In this document: positions 12,993-25,608 of the stretch, in pieces
How the letters are laid out: each line of letters starts with the position of its first letter
Numbering within the stretch: position 1 is the stretch's first letter
Assembly: GCA_964234715.1 (NCBI GenBank)
Contig: OZ174278.1
Reading direction: 5' to 3' (one strand)
Length of the DNA: 64,000 bases
DNA from: Podarcis melisellensis
Taxonomy: Eukaryota
Translations under genes and position numbers: made by a program
Notes under the pieces: generated by a model
What the model was told of the DNA's origin: nothing
The model's database searches: none
The model's input: the letters and a program-made list of their open reading frames with translations, nothing else

Positions 12993-14159
12993 GCCAGGAA
13001 GGATCTAAAATGACTACCCATTGAGTATTAATCAATACAGTGACTGGGAAGAATATGTGTTGGGGGACTGTGAATCAAATTCTGAGAGCAGAATGCAATG
13101 TGCCCAGTTGGGCAGTTCCAAACCAGTTAAGGGCTCTTCCAGGGGATCTGTTTATTGAGCATTCATCACATGCTTGCACAAGGTTTGATTGAATATGGTT
13201 GTGATTGACTATTCATTCTGATATGTCTTCTGGGAAGTTGTATAACAATTAGCATTTATTATGCTCAAGCATGCTGACTTGCTTGTGGGCTGTTCATATA
13301 TCTCCCCATTAATCTTTCATTTATTCCACACTTTTGAATGCATTTTGCTTTTCCTTTCCGAACCATAAAAAAGTCTAGTAAAGGGGGGGGGGACTGAGCT
13401 AAAGCAACAGGGCACTTTAATCCACTTTCATTGTGCAAACCTAAATATGTTGGTATGCACTTGAATCCCTCCTGCAAAAAACATGACAGTCTGGAGGGAC
13501 CCTAAAATTCCCAAACCTATCAAAACAGCCATTTTGTTGTATGCATTTGCCCTGGCATATCCAGATGCACCAAAGGTAACGCACAACAGAACCTTCCTTT
13601 TAAATGCGTTGAGAAAACTGGCTATCATGTTAGCTTTTTGTACCCATTGGATTTCAAAGATGAACACAGGCAAGTAGCGTTCTCTTTTTCTCCTCCAATC
13701 AGCCCCAGCCAATATGGGCAATGGGAGCTGACATCTCAACAACACCTGAGGAAGCACAGCCTGCCTTTATCTGTGGTGGAGTAGCAACAGTCCACAGTGT
13801 CAAATGATACAGCCCTTGCCTCAGCTGTCTGGTTGCATAGCTTAGCCTTGGTGCTCTCATTAGCGTTTTAGCTGTCAGCCTTCAAACTCAGGTCCCTGCC
13901 TCATGCTCTGTGAAGTTAAAATGCTAGGGAGAGGACATAGCTTAGGGGTCTTGCAGATACCTTATATGCAGAAGGTCCCAGGTATCTCTGATTCAAAGGA
14001 GCTTTAGGATCAGGGATGGGAAGGCCTCTGTCTGAAGAGCTGCTGTCAGTTGTAATAGTAGGCAATAGTATTGTGCTCAATGGACCGATGATGTGACTCC
14101 ATGTGTTATGTTTTGCTGAGTACTAAGGCCCACCAATTTCAGTGCAACTCACACCCAAG

Positions 14160-14486
14160 AAGGGACGTGGGTGGCTCTGTGGGTTAAACCACAGAGCCTA
14201 GGACTTGCCAATCAGAAGGTTGGTGGTTCGAATCCCCACGACGGGGTGAGCTCCCGTTGCTCGGTCCCTGCTCCTGCCAACCTAGCAGTTCGAAAGCACG
14301 TCAAAGTGCAAGTAGATAAATAGGTACCGCCCTGGCGGGAAGGTAAATGGCGTTTCCGTGCGCTGCCACATGACCCGGAAGCTGTACGCCGGCTCCCTCG
14401 GTCAATAAAGCGAGATGAGCATCCCAACCCCAGAGTCGGTTACAACTGGACCTAATGGTCAGGGGTCCCTTTACCTTTACCTTTAC
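14160..14486 (+). mobile_element. Sauria SINE
   Basis: Head and tail as above; TSD cacacccaag (14150-14159 / 14487-14496). Confidence 0.92.
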
Positions 14487-14745
14487 CACACCCAAGGTAA
14501 GTGACCATAGGATTGCTGTCTTAAAAAAAACTTCACTCTGCTCCACAGGTAGCCAGTATGGTGCCCTCCATATATTGCTGGACTCCCAACTCCCATCAGT
14601 CCCAGCTAGCATGGCCAATGGCCAGAGATGATTGGGACTTGTAGTCCACCACATCTGAATGGCACCATGTCAACTGCTCTACTCTATGCTAAGCAGGAGG
14701 CAGAGTCGCAGCACAAGATGGCAGAACTATTTGGAATTATGGGGG

Positions 14746-16714
14746 TTTTTTTGTTTTTTTTAAATAAAAAAATTATTTATTTATGCAACAAGGAAAAAAA
14801 ACACACAAAAAAACACAAATACCAAATTACACACAAATTACAAAAATAACCATAGACACATAATTTTCTTGGCAAACAATAAAACATCTATTGGTCTTAA
14901 CACTAAAGACCCAACTTCCCGTCTGTTCCATATTTCAAATTCATATTACTTATTGCCAATACACTTTTTTTCATAGTTAAACTTATTTTCAATAAATCTA
15001 GTTTCTTCTATCTACCTAGCAACTATTACTGAAGTTCCTCGAATGCTGCAACAGAATTTAAACTACTATATTTATTTTTCAGATATTCTTTGAAAACCTC
15101 CCATTTAGAAACAAATTCCTGTTTTGATTTATTCTTTATTTTTTCTGATAAACCATCTAATTCGGCATATTCTGTCAGCTTTTGGATCCAATCTTGTATA
15201 GAGGGGATTTCATTACTCTTCCATTTTGCTGCGATCAAAACTCTTGCTGCCGCCGTCGCATATAAAAAGATACCCTTCCTCTTTTGTGGAATATCCAAAT
15301 CTGTTATTCCCAGGAGGTAGGCCTCTGGTTTTTTTATTGAAAGAGATCTTTAGCATTTTTTGCAGTTCTGCATGTATACTCTCCCAGAATACCTGTATTT
15401 TCCTACATGTCCACCACATATGATAGAATGTTCCTGAGTCTCCGCATCTCCAACAATTACTTGACACATTTTTATCCATTTTCGAAAGTTTCCATGGTGT
15501 TAGATACCATCGATGTTGCATTTTTTGAAAGTTCTCTCTAATCATGTAACAGTTTGTGAATTTCCAATTGATCTTCCATAAATTTTTCCATTGGGCCATG
15601 GTTATTGAATGGGCAAAATCCTGGGACCACCTCACCATTGCCACTGTTACCTCCTCCTCCTTGACTGTCGGTAAGTTTTGGAAAGAGTTTTTCTTTTAGA
15701 ATTTACAAGATCCGATTCGAATCGGGAAATATCTACTGAGAACCCCTTTTGTTTGTCAGATTTAATTTTTTCAAATAACTGGTGGTATTGGAACCAGTCT
15801 GAAATGTGTTTTCTTATTTCTTCAATTTTTTTAAATTTTATTTGGTTATCTTCATTTTTTAGAAGTATTTTATATGTTGGCCAGCTTTCCTGAGTATTTT
15901 TCCGTTTTACTGCTATGGCTTCTACTAGAGAAGTCCACCACGGGACTTTAGGCTCCATCAGGTCTTTATATTTTTCCCATACAGCAAAGAGTGACTTATT
16001 ATATGATTGGCAAATTTTTTATGAATTTTCGCTTTTCCATATATTAGGTAGGCGTGCCATCCCCAACGGTTGTCAAAACCTTCCAGGTCCAGGAGGTCCG
16101 GATCCTGCAATGTGCACCAATCTTTTAGCCAGGTGAAACAGGCTGCCTCGTAGTAAAGTTTTAGATCGGGTAGGGAAAAACCTCCTCTCTCTTTTATGTC
16201 TATTAAGATCAGGTGTTTAATCCTAGGTTTCTTCCCTTCCCACAAAAATTTGGAAATTTCTCTTTGCCATACCTTGAGACAACCTGCTTCCCCCAGTATC
16301 GGAATCATTTGAAATAGAAAGATTAATTTTGGAAGCACATTCATCTTTATAATGGAAATCCTACCCAGAAATGTTAATTTTAGTTTACTCCAGGTTACCA
16401 AGTTTTTTTCTAATCTCTTGCCAAGTTTTGGTGTAATTATCCTGAAATAAGTTAATGTTCTTGGGGGTGATCCAAATACCCAAGTATTTCGCTTTTGAAC
16501 AGATTTTCAGGCCCAATATTTTTTCTAAGTCGTCCTTTTCTTCTGTAGTTACATTTTTAACAAGCATTTTTGTTATGTTCAGCTTAAAGCCTGCCACTTC
16601 TCCAAATTCTTTAATCAGTTCCAGCACTCTTTTCAGACTGGAACTGATTAAAGAATTTGGAGAAGTGGCAGGCTTTAAGCTGAACATAACAAAAACAAAA
16701 ATGCTTGTTAAAAA
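14746..16714 (-). mobile_element. 5'-truncated L1-clade LINE (ORF2 RT end and C-terminal Cys-rich domain), frameshifted, with 5' foldback
   Basis: FGEVAGFKLN, KYLGIWI, GRISIIKMNVLPK, GGFSLPDLKLYYEAA, HRWYLTP, CWRC..GTFYHMWWTC; AATAAA and A-rich tail on minus strand at ~14746-14785. Confidence 0.92.
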
Positions 16715-19027
16715 AAAATATATGTTTTCTACGGAGCAAGGAAAGATCTTGAGAAAGAACTGAGGGGAAAGAGAACAGTCAAAGTCATGAAAGCAGCACA
16801 GTGGCAGAGCCATAACTCCTCGATCCAACTCCGCCTGAGTGCTTGCAGCTGTGGAAAAATCTTCCTTATTTCAAGTGGTAAGAATTTGTTAAGTACGACA
16901 AAGTACCTGACCTGTAAGACAAAAGCACCTTTCATACATAGCTGCAAAATTTTGCAAGAGTGGTGGGAATGTTGCTAACCTTTCTGGATTTCTCTCCTGG
17001 CTGTCAATGTGTGTGTATAAGAGCTACCCATTTATGCCTCCTAATTGACGCTTTTAAAAATCCTTCATACTTCATCTCTGTGAACGGCTGCTTCAAAATT
17101 ACTTATACTTTCTCCTTTCACACTTCCAGTGCCAAGAGAAACATAATGAAAATAGCGCAAGAGCTTGTGTGTGGAAAGCACCAGTCAGGAAAAAATGACA
17201 GAAACTGGGGGGGAGAGAGAAAGAGAAGACCAGCGGCTAATTTCTCTTCCTAAAGCTGAACCAGGCAGAAAGAAAGGGCATGCAAAAGACAAGGGTGATT
17301 CAGGCTGATGAAGAAATTTAGAACCGAGATAGTTGGGATTAGATGAGTGGGTGCGAGGGCGATGTTCAGCCGAGTTCAGACATGCAAAACTTTCTCCTTG
17401 GCACTAACTGCTTAAAGCCGATTTAAGCTCAACCAGGTATGAACGAGCCCTAAAAATGAATGCATAATACTGTGTATTCATGTCGGTGGTTCAAATCCAA
17501 AACAGAAGGAGGAAAGGGAACGTTGTTTGACCTGTGATGATAATATTGCTGCAGTTATTAGGAGAACCCCACAACAAATGTTGCTGGAATACACTGCTTG
17601 CTATTTAACAGGGTTAATCTTGGATTGATCCACTCATGGGCATCCCAGGTTTGGTTGCTGTAAATCTTAAATCTCTTGGGAGCCCCCTCCCCCACCTCAT
17701 AAGCAGAAATACTACTCTTGGTAGTGCACTGAATGTAGTACTGCCAACCTAAGATCAATCAATAAAAGACCTACGGTAACATAACTGGTTTGTGATTCAT
17801 GAGACTCATGACTCATGAAAGTTTTTCTCACAGGTGGGGAGGGTGCTGTTGCACTCATGTTCTGCTTGCGGGCTTCCCATGAGCATCTATTTGGTTGTTG
17901 TAAAGAACAGGAAACTGGATTAGATGGGCTTTGGGCCTGAACCAGCAGTCTTCTTAGGTTTCTATTTTCTAAATTATGAGGAAAGTGTCACCTGTTAATA
18001 AAACTCTGTCAGACTTTTTATTACTTGTGTGTGGCCCCTGATTTATTTTTGGACCCTCCACATCATCTGCAAAAGAGGATACACATCTGCATAAGACATG
18101 CTGTATGCATTGATTGATTGATTGATTGATTGCAAATTGGATCCTCTTTTGTTAATAGAGTGGAGGGTCCAATCCACATATTGTGTACTGAGCATTCGAA
18201 GTTCTGTTGACACACCTGATGGGGAAAAGTTAAGAACCTCCCTGCCTCCCGCCCCCGCCATACACACATACAAATTTAAGGTTCAGTAGCTTCATTTTGT
18301 AAAACAAAAGTGGTCTTCAAAAAGAATCAGAGCAACATGTAATGGGTTAGAACTTGACTAACTATGCATCTTTACTCAGAATTAAGCCCCAATGAGTTCA
18401 ATGGGACTTACAAGTATGCATGTATATCATTACAACCTAAGGCAGTTGAAAATAAATCACCTTGTGAAAAGTTAGTTCCTCCTGAAATCAATGTTGTCTG
18501 GATTCAGTCTGATCCGAGGAAGGATTATTAAAACATTCTAGAGGTGTAGCAGCATTACTCTGTAGCAGCAGCAGCAGCAGCAGCAACAACAACAACAACA
18601 AGCCTTGAAGCTCCCTGAAGACTAATAAATGTGTTATAGGATAAACTTTCATGGACTAGAGTCCATTTCATCAAACATATACAGCATTATCCTCATTGAT
18701 CAGGCTGTATAACTTTTGTTTGCAAATGTCAGGGTTGACAGGGAGGTGTAAATTGGAAATACTATATCCTTCAAACTTTGGGCACTTTCTTCATCACCGA
18801 CTGATTGCTGGGTGACTCTTAAATGAATATAGGTTTGATTTTATCTAAACAGTACAATAATGTTGTCAAGAAAGCACCAAGAAATAAAAAAGATTGCCAT
18901 ACTACACCATCTAGTGGCTAATTTTAGGTATTGCAAGTACTTTTGAGGCACTTTTTTTTCTCCTCCTTGCTTGGAACTCTGTGAAGGGGGAACTATAATG
19001 TCTAGAATTCTTCAAGGGAAATCCATT

Positions 19028-19450
19028 GAAGGACCACAATACCTCAAGGACTGCCTCTTTCCATATGAACCTACCCAGACCTTAGATCATCTTCTGAGGC
19101 TCTACTTTGTGTGCCCCTTCCACGAAAGGCCTGGAGGGTGGGCAACACAAGAACGGGCCTTCTCTGCAGTGGCTCCCCGTCTGAGGAATGCTCTCCCCAG
19201 GGAAGTTTGCCTGGCACCTTCATTATACACCTTTAGGCTCCAGGCAAAAACGTTCCTTTTTAACCAGGCCTTTGGTTGTTCTGATTTACATCCTATGGCA
19301 ATTTAAAATGTGTGGGTTTTTGGGGGGGTATTGTTTTTATTTTGATTACGTATTTTGCAGTTTTATATTTTGATTTTATTTTGTGAACTGCCTTGAGACC
19401 TCTGGGTATAGGGCAGTCTATTAAGCAAACAAAAAAACAAATAAATAAAT
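19028..19450 (+). mobile_element. L2-clade LINE 3' fragment
   Basis: GPQYLKDCL...RAFSAVAPRLRNALP ORF2 tail, then 3'UTR and A-rich end. Confidence 0.75.
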
Positions 19451-19521
19451 CTGAATGTGGTTTGAAGATATAGTGTGCGTGCAACCTGTATAGAACTTCC
19501 TCAAAGCTTTTCCTGTCAGTT

Positions 19522-19611
19522 CATAGCTGTCAACTTTTTTCTTTTTTTAAGGGAAATCCTATTCAGAATAAGGGAATTTCCCTTTAAAAAGGGAAAACAT
19601 TGACAGCTATG
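19522..19611. mobile_element. 90-bp palindromic hAT MITE (copy 1)
   Basis: TIR CATAGCTGTCAA...TTGACAGCTATG; 8-bp TSD tgtcagtt on both sides. Confidence 0.85.
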
Positions 19612-19670
19612 TGTCAGTTCCTTTAATCATCATTTTTCATTCATGCATATCGTCTTTTCTACTGTCGTAC

Positions 19671-20020
19671 GTAAAGGTAAAGGAACCCCTGACCATTAGG
19701 TCCAGTCATGGCCGACTCTGGGGTTGCGGCAATCATCTCGCTTTATTGGCCGAGGGAGCTGGCGTACAGCTTCCAGGTCATGTGTCCAGCATGACTAAGC
19801 TGCTTCTGGCGAACCAGAGCAGCACACGGAAACGCCGTTTACCTTCCCGCTGGAGCAGTACCTATTTATCTACTTGCTCTTTGACGTGATTTTGAAATGC
19901 TAGGTTGGCAGGAGCAGGGACCGAGCAACGGGAGATCACCCTTTCATGGGGATTCAAACCGCTGACCTTCTGATCGGCAAATCCTAGGCTCTGTGGTTTA
20001 ACCCACAGCGCCACCCACGT
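19671..20020 (-). mobile_element. Sauria SINE
   Basis: Reverse-complement head and (AAAGGT)n tail; flanked by a ~163-bp direct repeat. Confidence 0.92.
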
Positions 20021-20039
20021 TTTTCTTTTCCTATCAGTT

Positions 20040-20129
20040 CAGAGCTGTCAACTTTTTCCTTTTTTTAAGGGAAATCCTATTCGGAATAAAGGAATTTCCC
20101 TTAAAAAAGGGGAAACGTTGACAGCTATG
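20040..20129. mobile_element. 90-bp palindromic hAT MITE (copy 2, inside the duplication)
   Basis: Same element and flanks as 19522-19611. Confidence 0.85.
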
Positions 20130-20416
20130 TGTCAGTTCCTTTCATCATCATTTTTCATTCATGCATATCTTCTTTTGTACTATCTTAGAGCCACAAAAAA
20201 TTGTGTCTCAGCAGGCTGTATGGTACACAGATGCACAGCCATAAAGAAGAAAGTGCAATCATTGCTATCACCATCACCACAAGCCAGGTAGAAAACAAGC
20301 ATATCTGGGTATGAGCATCATATATTGTGCTGGAGGATGGAGAAAAGCAGGAGGCACAGGCGAAACCAAACATAAACATGGGAAATTTGAAGACAAGCAG
20401 CACTTGAATAAATGTA

Positions 20417-20657
20417 CAGTGGTACCTCAGTTAAGTACTTAATTCGTTCCGGAGGTCCGTACTTAACCTGAAACTGTTCTTAACCTGAAGCACCACTTTA
20501 GATATTGGGGCCTCCTGCTGCTGCCGCGCCGCCAGAGCACGATTTCTGTTCTCATCCTGAAGCAAAGTTCTTAACCTGAAGCACTATTTCTGGGTTAGCG
20601 GAGTCTGTAACCTGAAGCGTATGTAACCTGAAGCGTATGTAACCTGAGGTACCACTG
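20417..20657. mobile_element. Tc1/mariner (Tigger-like) MITE
   Basis: CAGTGGTACCTC TIRs, TA TSD. Confidence 0.9.
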
Positions 20658-20670
20658 TAATGGTTTAAGT

Positions 20671-21102
20671 TAATGGTTTTCAATCAGTATGCCGTGGCAC
20701 CCTGGGTTGTCTTGAATGATGGTCAGGGATGCAACAGGCAACACTGGCCTGTATCCTTTCCTTCCCTCCCTCCTCTGATGCCTTTTTGCATGTCTGCTAC
20801 CCAAAGGCTTGCACAGCTGTTTGTTGCAGCAGCCCTGGCTACAAGCTCAGCTGTCAAATGGCGACTGTGGGGCTTGTCAGGGGCAGCTGAGGTGGCTTCA
20901 GAATAAGCAAGCAAATGGGTGAGGGAGCCCAGCCAGCCAGCCCTCCAGCCCTTGCTCTTTGGAATGGACAGATAAATCCCAGGCCCCTGTGGGGCAGTGT
21001 GAGGAGGGACCTCTCTTTGGGCTCCTGAGTCCCACAAGGGAGCTGCAGAAAGAATGTAGTTGGTCAAGGGAGCAGTGGACCCAAAAAGGTTGATAACCTC
21101 TG
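20671..21102. mobile_element. Non-autonomous hAT element
   Basis: Degenerate CAGTGGTTTTCAACC TIRs, TSD gtttaagt/atttaagt; inverted homologue at 61678-62236. Confidence 0.8.
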
Positions 21103-21120
21103 ATTTAAGTGATTGTAATA

Positions 21121-21444
21121 ATATAATAATTTATTATTTATACCCCGCCCATCTGGCTGGGCTTCCCCAGCCACTCTGGGTGGCTTCCAACAAAATATTA
21201 AAATACCGTAATACATCAAACATTAAAAGCTTCCCTAAACAGGGCTGCCTTCAGTTGTCTTCTGAAAGTCTGGTAGTTCTCCTTGACATCTGATGTCCAC
21301 AGGGCGGCTGCCACTCCGAGAAGGCCATCTGTCTGGTTCCCTGTAACTTGGTTTCTTGCAGTGAGGGAACCAACAGAAGGCCCTCGGCGCTGGACCTCAG
21401 TGTCTGGGTAGAACGATAGGGGTGGAGACGCTCCTTCAGATATA
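21121..21444 (-). mobile_element. L2-clade LINE 3' fragment
   Basis: YLKERLHP..TLRSSAEGLL.VP..KLQGTRQ; same family as 28126 and 62597. Confidence 0.8.
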
Positions 21445-24400
21445 CCATATTACACGGTATCAGATTAAAACGTCCAAGAGTATTCAGGGCCAAACCCTTG
21501 GTTACAAAATTGGAAGGCAATAATTTGATCGCTCTGCCGCTTTTGAAATTTGCATCACTCACCTTTCCGGTTACAGGAATCACTTTCAGCAAATGATCAA
21601 ACTTTCAAAACAAGTTAATTGCTAGGGACTGTGGTGTTCTGCATCATGGTAATCAATGGAGAGGAGAACAAGGTGTGTCTCTTGCAATATTAAGCATTGT
21701 AAAATTATGGTACGGTGAATCTGGAGAGGTAGTAAAGATTGCAGGTAATTGCTTGATATCCACCATTGCAGCTGGATCTTAAACTATGCCCAAAGCAATA
21801 CCGACAGTTTTCTTTCAAAAAAGGGTTTCTACTTTTGCAGGAAACCTTGTAAAGTAAATCTACATGTTAAGAGAAAAAAATAATAGCCTTCCGATTTCAT
21901 TCTTTTAATTCTTTTCTTGCATAACTTATGTTCATTTGTGTACATTTTTTTTACTGCTAGATTGTTCTTATATCTCATTTCAAAAGAATATTCAGACTGC
22001 TAACATTGACCCCAGTTCAAGATAATGTCATGCATTTGGACATCTTGATTTCTGTGTCTAGGCCTTTGGCTGGAGAATTAATGAATGGGCAAGAAATCAA
22101 ATTGTTTTCTCTACTCAGACTTCTGAAGTGGGGTGGCCACGTCAAAACTGCATAGGACTCCTCCAAAGTTTGTTTTTTAATATCTATCTGCTTTTGAAGA
22201 CTGAGGTAGCCAACAAAAATATAGCAATAAAATACATGTAAGGAATATAAGGCAGTGGTTCCCAGTTGTTTAAGTACTGCAGACTTATTTCTGGGTCACT
22301 ATTTGGTTATTACAGTATTTTACAAAAAGTGAAGCTCTACCTCCAGATTTTACAGTATCATGCTATGGCGTCTTCTAGTAAATTTTTCATGGATACTGTC
22401 CAGATTACTGTTTACAGATTATTTGGAGAAGTGGGGTCAACTGTGTGCATGTTTGATACTTTCCCACTTGGGATGTTTCAATGCTTCATGCTCCTTTATC
22501 ACCTTGTGAGACTCAGACTCCACTCTCCCATTTTAGATATTTCCTCTCTGTTAGTACCTGAACTAATTTTCCATTTGGCTGCTCCTGGATTCATCTCTCT
22601 TGCTTTCACCCTAAAACCACAGAAACCTGTTCCTCGGATCCCAGCTTTCGATTGATAGCTATAATTCTTTCCCTCACCTGTTTAATCATTAAATTAAATT
22701 GCTGAATAGGTGGGAAACTCCCATTTTAAAAAAAACCAGTTTAGACTAGTGAGAATTTTAGGGAAATGATGCAATTTAGGGATCAAAAATAAATGTGCTC
22801 TATTAGAAGTTATCAGGCTGTTTCCGTTAGCTAATTGTTATTGTGTGATTAATATTGTCCTTCAGATTAATTTTCAATTGTTTCTTTATTTACAGGATTT
22901 TTTCCACATTTCCATAACCACCCATATAGTACACGTTATCTCAAATTCTTTTTAACAATTTATTTTTATGCTACCATCTTATATTTCATTTATACATTCC
23001 TTTCATTCTTACTAGTTCAGCTATTACTGAGTATATATGTTTTCATTGTATGCTTGCTGTGATTTAAAATTTCCTTTGAGCCAACTCTGGTTTTTCCTAG
23101 TTTCCACTTAGGAATGAAATTTTCTGAAAATCTTGATCTTGACAAAACGCAGATATTTTTTACTGGTTCTGCTAAAAGTAAAAATCATTACTGCATCTTA
23201 TACATTTAATATAAACATATTATATGTATATACCATACACTCCAAGTTTCCTAAAGTGATCAGCAGATAAACAGATACATACATCAATGCATAAAGTTGT
23301 ATAAAAATACAGTATACGTGTATATTAATTTATAAAATTATGCTACAGAAATAGAGCAACTAATGGGACTTGACTCTTTTATAAGTATATTATACATAGT
23401 TTTTGCATATAATAAATCAGGCTTCCTTTTTTTTAATTAAAAAAAAGGTTGCCAATGCACCTGTGTGCTCAATGCAAGTGTCTGGCTGATGTGGGTAAAG
23501 CATGATTTGGTTGGAATAGCCAAATTTTATGTATATATTTGTTCCAAGTTATTACCACTAGCTGTCCTCACTAAGCTCAATAAATCTACATTTAAGAACC
23601 TATTTTTAGCATGGAATTCCTTACTGTTGTCAGTTGACAACAACCAAAATTGGCATTTCGGTCCTGAATACATTTGCCAGCACCCAGCCAGAAACCTTGT
23701 AAGCCATGTCCAAAGTCCGGCCCAGGGGCCAATTGCGGCCCGCAGCCCAGTTTAAAATGGCCCCACAGGCAATTTGGAGAAATCAGTCTGTTGCGGCCCC
23801 TGAGCGCCTGCTGCTCTGCTTGCTCTTCCCTGGAGCCAATGCTCCACCAAGGAACGTCAGAGGCGGGCAAGGCGAGCTGCGATTGGTGCATGTCTGGCAG
23901 CGGCGCTGCGTAATTCGTCGCTTGGCCGATGCTGCTCTTGCAGTGGGTGCTTTTAAAATGTGTGGCGGAAGGGGGTGGGATGATTGGGTTGCTCGTTTTT
24001 ATTTCTATTTTCATTATGCGTTGTGTTTTTATATTGTGTTTTTATGCTGCGAAACGCCCAATCGTGTGCATATTTACAGTATTCAAATGTTCTTTCCCAC
24101 CCCATGTGTTTGTGTGTGTACACACACACACACACACTATTCATATCTACCTTCCTTTCAGAAGTTTGAAAGCCATTGTGATGAAGTGGTTAGAGGCCTG
24201 CAGGAGAACCAGCTTCAAATTTCCACTCTTACTTAAAACTCACTGCTGTGGTTTAGGGGGAAGTCACTTTTTCCCAGTCTAACCCACCTCACAGGGCTGC
24301 TGTGAGAGTTAAAGTGAAGGCAGGGGAGAAGAACCACATAGACTGCCTTGAGCTCCTTGGAGGTGGATGGATAAAGCTGGGCTAGCAGTCTTTGTTTCAT

Positions 24401-24848
24401 AACCCCATCTTCCTGAACATTAAGTCCCATAGATTTCTGAAGGCCTACATTTGCATTTCTTGCAAACTTGTGGGTTCAATAGCTATTTCCTCATATGTAT
24501 TTTGGGAGCTGTAGCTGTTTGGTGCAATAGGTGCCAGCACATGGTACCTTTGGTTGTTCTAACACAGATAACATCTGGTTTCGTTGTGCCATCAGGGAAA
24601 ATAGCAGTTCTATCCATGCAGCCTCCTCAAGCTGTCAACTGTGGAAAAGATCTATGCTCTGACAAATCAACTCCCGAGACCTTCTTCTTTCATTTGCAGG
24701 GCAAATATTTTCTACCTGGTGGGAATGAGCTGGCCAAATCTGTTGGCAAATGTTTTATTGAGAACTCATTTGAGCTTGGGCGAACACACTTGGACCAAAA
24801 CCTCTGGCACTGCGCTCACATGATCTCTTCCCTTCTGGCTAATTTTTA

Positions 24849-25608
24849 AAATGGTGACTGTAAATAAGAGAAGGAAAGTTGACAGTGAGGGCTGCTGCTT
24901 CCAGGACAGGTGGAGTGGAATATTTCTTCACTGAAATACGGAATCACTGTTGTCTGATATGCCAAAAGACTGTGGCTGTTTATAAAGAATTTAACAAGAA
25001 CCGTGTGAGGACAAGACTAAGTGGCTCTCACCTGCGTGACATTTTGCGAATCAAAACCACTACCTTTGAACCAGACCTAGCCTATGTGCTGCAGTCCAAA
25101 TCTGTTTCACCCTTCACACTAGTGCAGGCAAGTTTTGTTTTGTTTTGAATTGAGAGGAATACATTGTCAAATCTCAGTTAATGCCAGTTGGTCTAAATCA
25201 GGTATAAATATATTTGGACACGATATGTGTATCTGGTGTTATGTTGCTGTTCATATTTTTTGAACTTAAAAGTTGACAGACAACCTTTATTACCAATAAT
25301 ATGTAATCCACTTTACAATCTTCCTGACATATATTTCAGCTTCCTGGTTTTGTTTTTTTATCTGGCCTTCAGATATGAAAGGCAGAGTGATTTAACACCT
25401 GTTTAGATTTGTCATCCATGTGACGAAATGAAAAGTATGTCGTGTGCAATGAACTTTGCATAAAATAGTTAATTTGTATTTGATTTACTTTGCATATAAT
25501 TTGCATTTAATTTTAATGGTTCAAAGAACATCAAGCAAAATGGTCGGCCCTCACACATGTTCACTTCATCAAATCTGGCCCTCTTTGAAAAAAGTTTGGG
25601 CACCGCTG
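24849..25608 (+). mobile_element. Internally deleted hAT (Charlie/GTF2IRD2-like) transposon remnant
   Basis: MVTVNKRRKVDSEG..FQDRW / EYFFTEIRNHCCLICQKTVAVYKEFN fused to C-terminal KNRVRTRLSGSHLRDILRI; right end aaagtttgggcaccgctg. Confidence 0.8.
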
